This document shows, piece by piece, positions 20,394-31,480 of a DNA stretch of 53,458 bases. Origin of the DNA: Bacillales bacterium (GTDB taxonomy: Bacteria > Bacillota > Bacilli > Bacillales > DASSOY01); contig DASVCO010000044.1 of the NCBI GenBank assembly GCA_036381575.1, positions 1 to 53,458 of the forward strand, given 5' to 3'. The notes beneath the pieces were generated by a model that worked only from the letters and a program-made list of their open reading frames with translations, was not told the origin of the DNA and ran no database searches. A program made the translations under genes and the position numbers. Each line of letters starts with the position of its first letter. The first letter of the stretch is position 1.

Positions 20394-20414
20394 TCTTTAA
20401 CTGCCGGTTGAAAT

Positions 20415-20632
20415 CAAATAAAAAAACCCGCCCCTCAGACGAGGGACGAGAGAACTCTCACGCGGTACCACCCTTGTTACAGACCTAAAAAGTCTGCCAC
20501 CTTAAAAACCGTAACGGGGTTTCGCCGGCGGGTTTTGCCCGCTTTCAGGATTAGCCTTCAGCTGCCGTTGGTCCGGGATTTCTTTCAGCCTGGGAAACCC
20601 CTCTCTGCGGATACGGACAGCATACTCGATCC
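20415..20632 (-). promoter_or_regulatory. T-box riboswitch leader, alanine specifier (GCU)
   Basis: Read on the minus strand: an AGAGAG box, a specifier loop GAAG-GCU-A (GCU is the complement of 20553-20555), the T-box sequence GGGTGGTACCGCG (20461-20473), and a terminator CGTCCCTC-gtct-GAGGGGCG followed by TTTTTTT. Confidence 0.85.
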
Positions 20633-20639
20633 GTCAGCA

Positions 20640-20668
20640 ATTTTACATATGTCGTGCCCTTTCAACAA
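20640..20668 (-). promoter_or_regulatory. Candidate sigma-A promoter for the alaS T-box leader
   Basis: On the minus strand, TTGTTG-17 nt-TAAAAT. This places a transcription start roughly 25 nt upstream of the AGAGAG box. Confidence 0.4.
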
Positions 20669-20791
20669 TCGTTCTGGAAACTTGAATTTTGTTATCCGGA
20701 ACACTCTGCGTCCAGGGCCGAGCCTTTTTTTAGGACCTAAATAGAAATCCAGGTTAAACTACAATCAACATTTCAGGAAAAGACAACAGTT

Positions 20792-20820
20792 TCTTTTTGA
20801 CATTATAGTCAAGCCATTAA
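20792..20820 (-). promoter_or_regulatory. Perfect consensus sigma-A promoter (TTGACA-17-TATAAT)
   Basis: On the minus strand, TTGACA aaccttaatggcttgac TATAAT, immediately downstream of the yrrI stop and about 180 nt upstream of T-box stem I. Confidence 0.55.
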
Positions 20821-20826
20821 GGTTTG

Positions 20827-21897
20827 TCAATCTTTGGCGAACATCCGCCGCCCGCGAAGGTGAAGAAAGATTACACGGGCGACAGCAAAAGCAGGCACAG
20901 CCAGCAACAAGCCGAGCAAACCGGCCACTTCCCCGCCGAGGAATAACGCAAAAATAATAAAGATCGGATGCATGTGCAAGCTTCTTCCGACGATGAATGG
21001 AGAAAGCAAATTTCCTTCAATAAACTGCAGGATAAATATTAACACAATCACGAAAATCAACATCTTCCAGGAGACCGTAACCGCCACAAACGCCGCCGGA
21101 ATCGCACCCAAAATCGGCCCGAAATACGGAACAATATCAGTAATTCCGATAACGACACCAAGTAGTACATAATACGGTACACCAAGCAACCATAAGGCGA
21201 TAGTGGCAATTAAACCAAGACAGGAACAGACGAATAACTGGCCGCGAATGTAACCGCCAAGCGTTTCATCAACATCTTCCAGCATTCTTCTTCCGCGGTC
21301 ATGCCATTTCTCCGGAACAACAGCGGCAGCCGTTTTCTTGATCCGTGGATAATCATTCAAGAAATAAAACACAAGAACCGGAACAACGAGAATCGTCAGG
21401 AAGGACTTCGCCAATCCTTTCAAAAAATGGATGATTCCCTTGATCAAATCATTTAAGTAAGATTCCACCGACTGAAGGAAATCACGAAAACGGTCGTGCA
21501 CAGTTTCCGGCAAATCAGAAGTCTGATGATAGAATTCATAAATCCAATGCCGATACATATCAACAAAATCCGGAATTTGCTGCCCCAGCATTTTCAACTG
21601 CCCGATGAGATACGGAACACCTTTAACTATCCCATAGCCGAGTGCACCAAAAAAAATGACGTAAATCAGTAAAATCGCAAGCGGCCGCGGAACTTTTCTA
21701 TGATGCAGGCTTTCCACAATGGGATGCAATAAATAAGTAAATAAGGCCGCGATTAAAAAAGGCGTCAAAACAGCCCAAACGACATCCAAAATCGGACGCC
21801 ACAGCGGGGCAAGTTTAATCAGCAAATAGCAGCACAGAAATAAGAGCAATAGAATTGACAGGCGCACAAGCCACTCGACGCTGGAAACCTTCTTCAT
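20827..21897 (-). CDS. yrrI: AI-2E family (PerM/YrrI-like) transporter
   Basis: Polytopic membrane protein with the AI-2E C-terminal signature (ITDIVPYFGPILGAIPA...QFIEGNLLSPFIVG). GGAGG lies 8 nt upstream of the ATG at 21897 (MKKVSS). Confidence 0.8.
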   Translation of the reverse strand: MKKVSSVEWLVRLSILLLLFLCCYLLIKLAPLWRPILDVVWAVLTPFLIAALFTYLLHPIVESLHHRKVPRPLAILLIYVIFFGALGYGIVKGVPYLIGQLKMLGQQIPDFVDMYRHWIYEFYHQTSDLPETVHDRFRDFLQSVESYLNDLIKGIIHFLKGLAKSFLTILVVPVLVFYFLNDYPRIKKTAAAVVPEKWHDRGRRMLEDVDETLGGYIRGQLFVCSCLGLIATIALWLLGVPYYVLLGVVIGITDIVPYFGPILGAIPAAFVAVTVSWKMLIFVIVLIFILQFIEGNLLSPFIVGRSLHMHPIFIIFALFLGGEVAGLLGLLLAVPAFAVARVIFLHLRGRRMFAKD

Positions 21898-21976
21898 AAA
21901 AAAAACCTCCGCACTTAGTGTGCGACAAGGCATAGCAAGCTATAACAAAAAAATAGCGGAGACCCGGGAGCTTATG

Positions 21977-22024
21977 AGCAATATTTAACCGGATCATTGG
22001 AAACTGATCCGGTTAGATATTGCT
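21977..22024. repeat. 20-bp inverted repeat (stem-loop) in the yrrI 5' region
   Basis: AGCAATATTTAACCGGATCA-ttggaaac-TGATCCGGTTAGATATTGCT, with 19 of 20 positions pairing. No T-run immediately follows. Confidence 0.7.
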
Positions 22025-22067
22025 TATTACAAACGAGCTCCATATTCATCATAAACCCCGACTGAAA

Positions 22068-22250
22068 CTATATACTGATATCCTCTTCCTCAAACAAATC
22101 GTCAAGTGAAGTAAGGCTGCCGTCTTCCTCCACCTGGCTTAGCGAAACTTTATCATCAGCGATAGTCAATTCGATAAAACAGCCCCAGCAATAAAACTGA
22201 TCCGCTCCGATCTTTCCAAGATCTTTGCTCTGGCAGTTCGGGCACCTCAT
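22068..22250 (-). CDS. Small zinc-ribbon protein with an acidic tail
   Basis: CPNC...CWGC four-Cys pattern. GGGGAGA lies 8 nt upstream of the ATG. The product is 60 aa. Confidence 0.55.
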   Translation of the reverse strand: MRCPNCQSKDLGKIGADQFYCWGCFIELTIADDKVSLSQVEEDGSLTSLDDLFEEEDISI

Positions 22251-22382
22251 CGGTGAATTCTCCCCTTTCGATCACAGTTGCGTTTATCTATCATGATGTC
22301 CATATTTTCATTTCTTAAACGATCTCCTGCTTCGAAATTCTTGAGGATTCCCGATGAGCCATGCGCTCCGAATATTTACAAT

Positions 22383-24686
22383 CTATTCAATTGGCCCTAA
22401 CCGTTCCCGCAGTTTTGTTTCCAGCATGGTATTTCGAAGATCTTCATTTTCACTGCGAATAGCCTTAGCCAGCGCTTGCTCTTCACCGCATAAGATCAGA
22501 AACTCCTTGCTCCTGGTCACGGCGGTGTAAATCAAATTCCTCTTTAACATCCGCCAATAACCCCGAACCACAGGCAAAACAACGATTGGAAACTCACTTC
22601 CCTGCGATTTATGTATGGAACAACAATAGGCAAGAGCTATCTGGTTCAAATCCTGTTTGGCATAATAAATTTCCGTCCCGTCAAAGGAGACAACAAGTCT
22701 GTCTTGCTGGTCGGTGTTTTCCCGGGCATAGGAAACGGCAGCGACTTCGCCGATGTCACCGTTAAAGACATGTTGTTCCGGATTATTGACAAGCTGCAGC
22801 ACCTTATCTCCACTTCGAAACGTAACGTTCCCCATTGACAGTTCGCGTTTCTGATCGGATTTCGGATTAAATAGCTCCTGCAATTCTGTGTTTAACCGTT
22901 CTACTCCGGCGCTTCCACGGTAAATCGGAGCCAGCACCTGGATATCTTTTGTGGTGTAACCTTTTTGAAGGGCATTTTCACATACTTGCTTAACAACCTC
23001 TATCACTTGCGGCTGCATACAATCAAAAAAACGGCGGTCCGTTTTCGCCAAATGTAAATCCTCCGGGATTTTCCCATCTTTAATGTGATGAGCAAACTGA
23101 ACAATCGAAGAACCCTCCGCTTGTCGGTAAATATCGACCAACTGCACTGTTGGAATCGTTTCTGAAGCGAGTAAATCCTTCAATACTTGGCCGGGACCAA
23201 CGGACGGCAGCTGATCTTCATCCCCAACAACCACAACTTGAACATCATCCGGCAGGGATTTAAACAACTGATTGGCCAGCCAAATATCAACCATTGAAAC
23301 TTCGTCGACAATTATAAGGCGGCCTTCAACCGGATTATCCTCATCATGTTCATATCCGGAATGCCCACCTTTCCAACCCAACAAACGATGGATGGTAACA
23401 GCGGGCACCCCGGTTGACTCATTCATCCGTTTAGCTGCCCGGCCGGTAGGCGCGATCAAAACAACCGGAAACGGCTCATCTTCACCGTAATCTGCCGGAT
23501 CGAGAGACAAACCGTGCAATTCGGCATATAATTCGACAATACCGCGGATAACCGTTGTCTTTCCGGTTCCCGGCCCGCCCGTCATCAACAAATAAGGAGA
23601 GGACAAAGCCCGCTGAATTGCCTCTTTTTGCGACGGTGCATACTGGATACCGAGACGCTCTTCAAGTTCGCCCAGCGCCTTCAAGAACTCCGCTTCCGAG
23701 AATCCCGGGTCAAAATCGGATTGCCCGGTAATCCGTTCTGTCTGGGTAACGAGTCCTTTTTCCGCATAGTACAAGGAAGGCAAGTAGACACGTTCCTCTT
23801 CAATAATTACTTTCTCTTCCTCATCCATCTCCGAAAGCTGCCGGTGAATATCATCCTGTTCCACTTCCTCCTCCGAATCATTCAGAAGCGTCTGAACCTC
23901 ATTCAACAATTCTTCGGCCGGCATATAAACATGGCCTTCCCCAAGCGCCTTTTCGTTCAGCCAATACAAACAACCTGCCCGAACCCTTTCGGGATGATTC
24001 CCTGAAAGCCCGAGCGCCTGTCCCAATTCGTCGGCACGACGGAAACCAATTCCTTCGATGTCATGAACAAGTTGATAAGGATTTGAACGAATCACTTCCA
24101 GTGTTTCCTGTTCATATTCCTGGTAGATCTTCATAGACAGTTGGGGGCCGAAACCGTACTCACTCAGTCCGATCATGATCTGCTCCAGCCCCTGGTGTTC
24201 CATCAATGTATTGTAAAGCAGATCAGCTTTCTCAGAGGAAAGCTTCGGCACCTCCTCCAATACACCGGGGTCTTCCAGAATTTTTGTAATCGCATGTTCA
24301 CCAAGTGTATCCACTACATTTTGCGCGGTTTTCTTTCCGATACCTTCGAATAAGTCTCCCGCCAGGTATTGAACCATACCTTGTTTCGTTTGAGGCAGGT
24401 CCTTTCGTAGTTGAACCACATCATATTGCAATCCATATTTCGGATGTTCCTGCAGCGATCCGAAGAAAACATAAGGTTCTTGCAAGTGAATTTGGGGGAA
24501 ATATCCCTTAACGGTCATTTCCTTCTCCTGAATGGCTTCATTCGTTTCCTGAACCCGTATGCGGACAACTGTATAGTAGTTTTCCTTGTTATGAAAGAAG
24601 ACCCGCAGCGGCACACCTTTTATATACTTTTGTTTGCCTTCTTCAAACAAAGGCAATGCGGATTGTTTCTCCATCACGGCTTTCAA
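22383..24686 (-). CDS. recD2: ATP-dependent RecD-like DNA helicase (SF1B)
   Basis: Walker A LMTGGPGTGKTT, the DEVSMVD box, the C-terminal SIHKSQGSEF and TAVTRSK motifs, and HhH-like N-terminal repeats. Synteny with yrrC. Confidence 0.92.
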   Translation of the reverse strand: MKAVMEKQSALPLFEEGKQKYIKGVPLRVFFHNKENYYTVVRIRVQETNEAIQEKEMTVKGYFPQIHLQEPYVFFGSLQEHPKYGLQYDVVQLRKDLPQTKQGMVQYLAGDLFEGIGKKTAQNVVDTLGEHAITKILEDPGVLEEVPKLSSEKADLLYNTLMEHQGLEQIMIGLSEYGFGPQLSMKIYQEYEQETLEVIRSNPYQLVHDIEGIGFRRADELGQALGLSGNHPERVRAGCLYWLNEKALGEGHVYMPAEELLNEVQTLLNDSEEEVEQDDIHRQLSEMDEEEKVIIEEERVYLPSLYYAEKGLVTQTERITGQSDFDPGFSEAEFLKALGELEERLGIQYAPSQKEAIQRALSSPYLLMTGGPGTGKTTVIRGIVELYAELHGLSLDPADYGEDEPFPVVLIAPTGRAAKRMNESTGVPAVTIHRLLGWKGGHSGYEHDEDNPVEGRLIIVDEVSMVDIWLANQLFKSLPDDVQVVVVGDEDQLPSVGPGQVLKDLLASETIPTVQLVDIYRQAEGSSIVQFAHHIKDGKIPEDLHLAKTDRRFFDCMQPQVIEVVKQVCENALQKGYTTKDIQVLAPIYRGSAGVERLNTELQELFNPKSDQKRELSMGNVTFRSGDKVLQLVNNPEQHVFNGDIGEVAAVSYARENTDQQDRLVVSFDGTEIYYAKQDLNQIALAYCCSIHKSQGSEFPIVVLPVVRGYWRMLKRNLIYTAVTRSKEFLILCGEEQALAKAIRSENEDLRNTMLETKLRERLGPIE

Positions 24687-25351
24687 TCCTTGTCAGATAG
24701 AATAGCTTCAACATTCTTCTTTCCATTGCCGGCCAGCAAGTGATCCGGTTGGATTTCAAGCGCTTTGTTAAACATCTCAAGCGCCTTTCGGGCGTCATCC
24801 TTGTAAGCATAAGCGACACCAAGATTGAAATAAGCATCGGCGTGTTCCGGTTCCTGCTCAATCACTTTCTTAAACTGCAAAACCGCTTCGTCAATACTCT
24901 CCATTTTCGCGAGACTCAGCCCAAACTGGAATCGGGCCTCTACATCTTGTTCATTCAATTCAACAGCCCGCTGGAAATGAGGCAAAGCCTTTCGTATGTC
25001 ATCTTGTTGCGTAAAAGCCATCCCCATCATAAAAAATACGTCCGATTCCTCAAGCCCATGCTGAACAGCCTGTCCATACCTCTTCGCGGCCTGCTCATAC
25101 TGCTCTAAATGATAGTGGGCATTGCCCGCTCCGTAATATGCGGCAGCTACTGTTTCGTCAAGCCCGATCGCTTTCTCGTAAAATACTACAGCTTTTTCCG
25201 GCTCATCTGCAGCCGTTAACAAATTCCCAAAGTTCGCGAATGCCACGGCATCATGAGGATCCTCTTCAATCGCCTTATTGAAGCTCGACGCAGCTTCCTC
25301 GAATTTTCCTTCCTGCATCTGTTCAATACCTTGTTTGTTGTAATCCGTCAA
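24683..25351 (-). CDS. yrrB: TPR-repeat protein
   Basis: Six or so 34-aa TPR repeats (A..Y..A...P....A..NLG). It overlaps the recD2 start by 4 nt, as in the yrrB-yrrC arrangement. Confidence 0.8.
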   Translation of the reverse strand: MTDYNKQGIEQMQEGKFEEAASSFNKAIEEDPHDAVAFANFGNLLTAADEPEKAVVFYEKAIGLDETVAAAYYGAGNAHYHLEQYEQAAKRYGQAVQHGLEESDVFFMMGMAFTQQDDIRKALPHFQRAVELNEQDVEARFQFGLSLAKMESIDEAVLQFKKVIEQEPEHADAYFNLGVAYAYKDDARKALEMFNKALEIQPDHLLAGNGKKNVEAILSDKD

Positions 25352-25569
25352 ATCTTAACGCTCCCTGTACAATTTTGTCTTTATTATAGCAGGAATGAAT
25401 GCCCGCTTCATTACAAAACAGAAAGAAAACTTGGTTTTCGCCAAGTCCTTGGTGCAATCTAGCCTTAATTGAAGTTACCTATCTACGTACTCGTGTCTTC
25501 AACTTCGATTTTTCTTCTTTGCGGACACGAGATATTTCACCGACAGGATATGCCTTCTGATACGGGAAA

Positions 25570-25603
25570 GAAAAAAACCCAATCCTTCAAAAAAAGATTG
25601 GGT
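25570..25603 (-). terminator. Terminator after mnmA
   Basis: On the minus strand, ACCCAATC-11 nt-GATTGGGT is followed by TTTTTTT, directly after the stop codon. Confidence 0.6.
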
Positions 25604-27873
<2,270 letters not shown>

Positions 27874-27911
27874 CGACTTCTCCCTCCTTCCATTGAAATC
27901 CATACCCTGAC

Positions 27912-28331
27912 TTAGATATAGAACATATACGGAGCTTGTTCTTCTTCATCCTCATAACTGGCCAGATCTTCAAGGGTTGTACTGTCAAGAACATCCTTAA
28001 CAGCATCGCGGATTCTAATCCACAAATCACGCTTTGCCGGCTCCTCATCGTCTAATACCTCAACCGGCGTAATCGGGCCTTCCAACACACGAATGATATC
28101 CCCGGCCGTAATTTTGTCAGCACCCTTATTAAGAATATACCCTCCGTATGCACCTCTTACGCTCTTTACATAACCCGCGTTACGTAAAGGCGCAATCAAC
28201 TGCTCCAAATAATGTTCCGACAGCTCATGCTGTCTTGCAATTTTCTTCAACGATGTCGGCCCTTCCCCGTAACGGTTGGCCAAAGCGATCATGATCGTTA
28301 AGCCGTAACGGCCTTTCGTGGAAATTTTCAA
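27912..28331 (-). CDS. cymR: Rrf2-family master regulator of cysteine metabolism
   Basis: KISTKGRYGLTIMIALA...LSEHYLEQLIAPLRNAGYVKSVRGAYGGY...TLEDLASY is nearly collinear with B. subtilis CymR. The start is a TTG at 28331, preceded by AAAGGAGAG. Confidence 0.9.
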   Translation of the reverse strand: MKISTKGRYGLTIMIALANRYGEGPTSLKKIARQHELSEHYLEQLIAPLRNAGYVKSVRGAYGGYILNKGADKITAGDIIRVLEGPITPVEVLDDEEPAKRDLWIRIRDAVKDVLDSTTLEDLASYEDEEEQAPYMFYI

Positions 28332-28534
28332 CGCCAAGCTCTCCTTTTTGAAGAAAAAACAACTCTTTAAATCCGTAGCCATTATATCATACAACCCGTC
28401 TTCATCTAAATAACGTGCATTACAGGCTCTTCGATCTATTCACCTGAAGACAATTGAACGCAACGTGTGGGACACATAGGACAGGCTTCTTGAATTCCAC
28501 GGGACCCTGTAGTACCTTCAAAGAAGAGCGATCA

Positions 28535-28746
28535 AGCATTCGGGCCCACGCCGGGGTCCCCGAAAAACGCTTTTTGTTTTTTGGGTGGCGCGATGGGGGG
28601 CAGTCCGCCGTTACGACATGGACGCCACGTTCTTATTCGCCCCTCCTTTATTGCCCTTAAAAAATTTGTGAGGCTTCTGGCCCACACGAATGTGGGTTAC
28701 TCAGACGTTGCCTCAGGACGCGGCGATCTTAGTCTGAGTTCCTTTG
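28535..28746 (+). repeat. Dispersed intergenic repeat, copy B
   Basis: The core CGAAAAACGCTTTTTGTTTTTTGGGTGGCGCGATGGGGGGC and the 3' end GTTGCCTCAGGACGCGGCGATCTTAGTCTGAGTTCCTTTG align with copy A. Confidence 0.55.
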
Positions 28747-28830
28747 CTTCAGCAGAAGTTATTCCTGAATAAAGTTAAAACAATAATTTACGCAATACGA
28801 CAGATTGAAATAGGAAAGGAAAGATTCAGC

Positions 28831-30159
28831 TTGGACTTATTTGATTATGCTTCCAAAGAAAAAGGCCCGCTTGCAAGCCGTATGAGGCCGCGAACACTCG
28901 ATGAATTCACCGGACAGGATCATATCATAGGAGAGGGCCGGCTCCTGAGACGGTCGATCGAAGCCGATCAACTCTCCGCAATGATTTTCTTCGGACCTCC
29001 TGGAACGGGGAAGACAACATTGGCGCGGATCATCGCCAATACAACTTCCGCTCATTTTCAGCAGCTCAATGCCGTTACCTCTGGAGTGTCAGATATTCGC
29101 GACATTACCAGTGAGGCGAAAGAACGGCTGAAAATCCATGAGAATAAGACTGTGCTTTTCATTGACGAAATCCACCGTTTCAACAAAGGACAACAGGATG
29201 CCCTTCTGCCTTTCGTGGAAGACGGAACAATCATACTAATCGGTGCAACAACGGAGAGCCCGATGTTTGAAATCAATCCGGCGTTGCTGTCCCGATCCCG
29301 GCTGTTCCGATTTGAACCTTTAACCGACGATCATATTCGCGATATTATTGTAAAAACAATTAAGGATGAGGAACGAGGCTTTGGGAGTTATCAAATCGAT
29401 ATCGATAAGGAAGCAGTCGACCATCTTGTTGATGTCGCAGACGGAGACGCCCGAAGCGCCTTAAATGCTATAGAATTAGCTGTGTTGACAACAAATCCTG
29501 ATGAAAACGGGAAAATTCGAATCACACTTGAAGTAGCCGAGGAGTCCATCCAACAGCGTGTCTTGCAATATGATAAAAAAGGAGATAATCATTACGATAC
29601 GATCTCAGCGTTTATCAAAAGCATGCGCGGGTCAGACCCCGACGCCACCCTGTATTGGCTTGCCAAAATGATATATGCCGGTGAAGATCCACGTTTCATC
29701 GCACGGCGAATCTATGTACATGCCGCGGAGGATGTCGGACTTGCAGATCCCAATGCCCTGCTCATCGCCCAATCTGCCTCCTATGCCGTCGAATTTATCG
29801 GAATGCCGGAAGCGCGAATCCCGCTTGCAGAAGCCGCCCTCTACATTGCCACGGCCCCGAAAAGCAATGCAGTCATTACCGGAATAGATTCAGCACTGAC
29901 AGCTGTTAAACAGGAAAAAACCGGTCAAGTCCCTGTCCACTTAAGGGATGCCCATTATAAAGGCGCAAAGCAGTTGGGACACGGCAAAGGTTATCAATAC
30001 CCGCATGATTTCGAAAACGGATTTGTCCCTCAACAATACCTTCCCGACACTATGGAAGGAAAAGTCCTTTACAAACCGGCAGACCGTGGGTATGAAAAGA
30101 CTGTCATGAAACGTCTGGACTACTTTTCTGAAAGAATTAAGCAAGAGAAAAACAAATAA
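28831..30159 (+). CDS. rarA: Replication-associated recombination protein A (AAA+ ATPase)
   Basis: PLASRMRPRTLDEF, Walker A GPPGTGKTT, Walker B FIDEIHRFNK, and the C-terminal MgsA motifs (YHYDTISAFIKSMRGSDPDA, YQYPHD). The likely start is the TTG at 28831, preceded by AGGAAAGGA. The ORF-track start at 28744 would add a non-conserved extension. Confidence 0.9.
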   Translation: MDLFDYASKEKGPLASRMRPRTLDEFTGQDHIIGEGRLLRRSIEADQLSAMIFFGPPGTGKTTLARIIANTTSAHFQQLNAVTSGVSDIRDITSEAKERLKIHENKTVLFIDEIHRFNKGQQDALLPFVEDGTIILIGATTESPMFEINPALLSRSRLFRFEPLTDDHIRDIIVKTIKDEERGFGSYQIDIDKEAVDHLVDVADGDARSALNAIELAVLTTNPDENGKIRITLEVAEESIQQRVLQYDKKGDNHYDTISAFIKSMRGSDPDATLYWLAKMIYAGEDPRFIARRIYVHAAEDVGLADPNALLIAQSASYAVEFIGMPEARIPLAEAALYIATAPKSNAVITGIDSALTAVKQEKTGQVPVHLRDAHYKGAKQLGHGKGYQYPHDFENGFVPQQYLPDTMEGKVLYKPADRGYEKTVMKRLDYFSERIKQEKNK

Positions 30160-30374
30160 TCCGCGAAAACTATTATTCATAATGTATAAATCGCCATGTT
30201 TTGGGTAAAGATTCAAATAGTTGAATTTAACTTTATTCAGTAGAATTCCCCCGCTTCAATTAAGAGATGAATGGAACGGAAATAGACTTTGCATTTAGCA
30301 GAGAAGCTGAATAAAGTTAAAGCCTGCGGCGAATGCCACAGATTTTCAAAGGAAGGTATCGGGCTTAAGCTTGC

Positions 30375-30460
30375 TTCCGGGACTTCGAAAAACGCTCTTT
30401 GTTTTTTCGGGCAAGGCAAAAATCTGTCAGCAAAGGCGCCAAGGCGAATTTGATTAATAG
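30375..30460 (+). repeat. Dispersed intergenic repeat, copy C (short variant)
   Basis: TCGAAAAACGCTCTTTGTTTTTTCGGGCAAGGC...GTCAGCAAAGGCGCCAAGGCGAATTTGATTAATAG aligns with the core and 3' part of copies A and B. Confidence 0.45.
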
Positions 30461-30478
30461 TTAAGGAGAGATCAAAAC

Positions 30479-31132
30479 ATGGCCAAAATACGACAAGACG
30501 CCTGGTCCAAAGAAAACGATCTATTATTGGCTGACACCGTTCTTCGCCATATTCGTGAAGGCAGCACACAATTAAGAGCATTCGAGGAAGTCGGCGATAA
30601 ATTGAATCGGACTTCGGCGGCCTGCGGATTTCGCTGGAATGCAATTGTTCGTGATCAATACCAACAAGCCATTGAAATTGCCAAGAAACAGCGGAAGGAA
30701 AGAAAGAGAGTCCAGTTTAAACAGAAAGGCTCTTCGGAAACACATGAGGCAGAGCAAAAGTATACTGGGAAGCCCCAAACTGCTCCCTCTCAACCAGCCG
30801 CCATCACCCACAATCAAGCAGCACCAGACCATGCGGCAATGACACTTGACGATGTAATCTCTTATTTGCAGGGATTAAAAGCGAATGACGGATTGCAACT
30901 GGAGAATGAAAGACTTGAAGGCGAAGCCGATAGGCTGCGAAGTGAAAATGAGGACCTGAAAAAACAATTGGCCAACCTCCAGCGGAAACACGAGATGGTC
31001 AATGAAGATTATCAGTCTCTAATCCAGATTATGGACCGCGCCAGGAAAATGGTGGCTTTTCAAGGAGAAGAACAGAATCCATCCTCTTTCCGGATGGACA
31101 AGAACGGGAACCTTGAGAAAATCGCAAAATAG
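30479..31132 (+). CDS. RsfA-family (Myb/SANT-like) sporulation transcription regulator with a C-terminal coiled coil
   Basis: The N-terminus RQDAWSKENDLLLADTVLRHIREGSTQLRAFEEVGDKLNRTSAACGFRWN matches the RsfA signature. GGAGAG lies upstream of the ATG. Confidence 0.7.
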   Translation: MAKIRQDAWSKENDLLLADTVLRHIREGSTQLRAFEEVGDKLNRTSAACGFRWNAIVRDQYQQAIEIAKKQRKERKRVQFKQKGSSETHEAEQKYTGKPQTAPSQPAAITHNQAAPDHAAMTLDDVISYLQGLKANDGLQLENERLEGEADRLRSENEDLKKQLANLQRKHEMVNEDYQSLIQIMDRARKMVAFQGEEQNPSSFRMDKNGNLEKIAK

Positions 31133-31239
31133 AATCAATTACGCTTTAGCGTAATTGTCTCTACTCTGGGGCACTCAGCATTGCAGCACGATGTGGCGGC
31201 CCCAGGCTGAGTTTTTCTCTTCCGGAAAAGCTAAACCAA

Positions 31240-31274
31240 TTAAAAACGCTGAGGTTTAACCTCAGCGTTTTTAA
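31240..31274. terminator. Bidirectional terminator (rsfA-like gene and 6S RNA)
   Basis: Perfect 15-bp inverted repeat TTAAAAACGCTGAGG-tttaa-CCTCAGCGTTTTTAA, with U-runs on both strands. Confidence 0.75.
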
Positions 31275-31280
31275 TACAAT

Positions 31281-31468
31281 CTAAGAGTCCCAACTGTGCC
31301 GCCTTCGCCTCAGTTTTAAACCCGCTCCCGGCAGGTGGGTGCCCTGTTCCGTCTTTTGTACTTCCACTTTCCCGAGGCTTGCACGCCAGATGGAAACGAT
31401 TCGGGCTCCCTCTTCATTGATGTTCGGTAAAAACGTTTGGTAGCTAACGAACACTTCAGGACTCTTAA
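31281..31468 (-). ncRNA. ssrS: 6S RNA (6S-1/BsrA type)
   Basis: The minus-strand 5' end AAGAGUCCUGAAGUGUUCGUUAGCUACC resembles the B. subtilis 6S-1 5' end as I recall it (AAAGUCCUGAUGUGUUAGUUG). The 3' end GGCACAGUUGGGACUCUU pairs with it to form the closing stem. The length is about 188 nt. It lies directly downstream of aspS, as bsrA does in B. subtilis. It has its own promoter and terminator, and no SD for the overlapping 69-aa ORF. Confidence 0.8.
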
Positions 31469-31480
31469 CTTTGTAACTGC

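Noticed and set aside
28454-28772. Two overlapping plus-strand ORFs (68 and 63 aa) between cymR and rarA
   Set aside because: They run across a copy of the dispersed repeat, lack SD sequences, and their sequence is not protein-like. The region is treated as non-coding.
30237-30644. 135-aa minus-strand ORF overlapping the rsfA-like start
   Set aside because: It is antisense to a well-supported gene and to a repeat copy, has no SD, and has odd composition.
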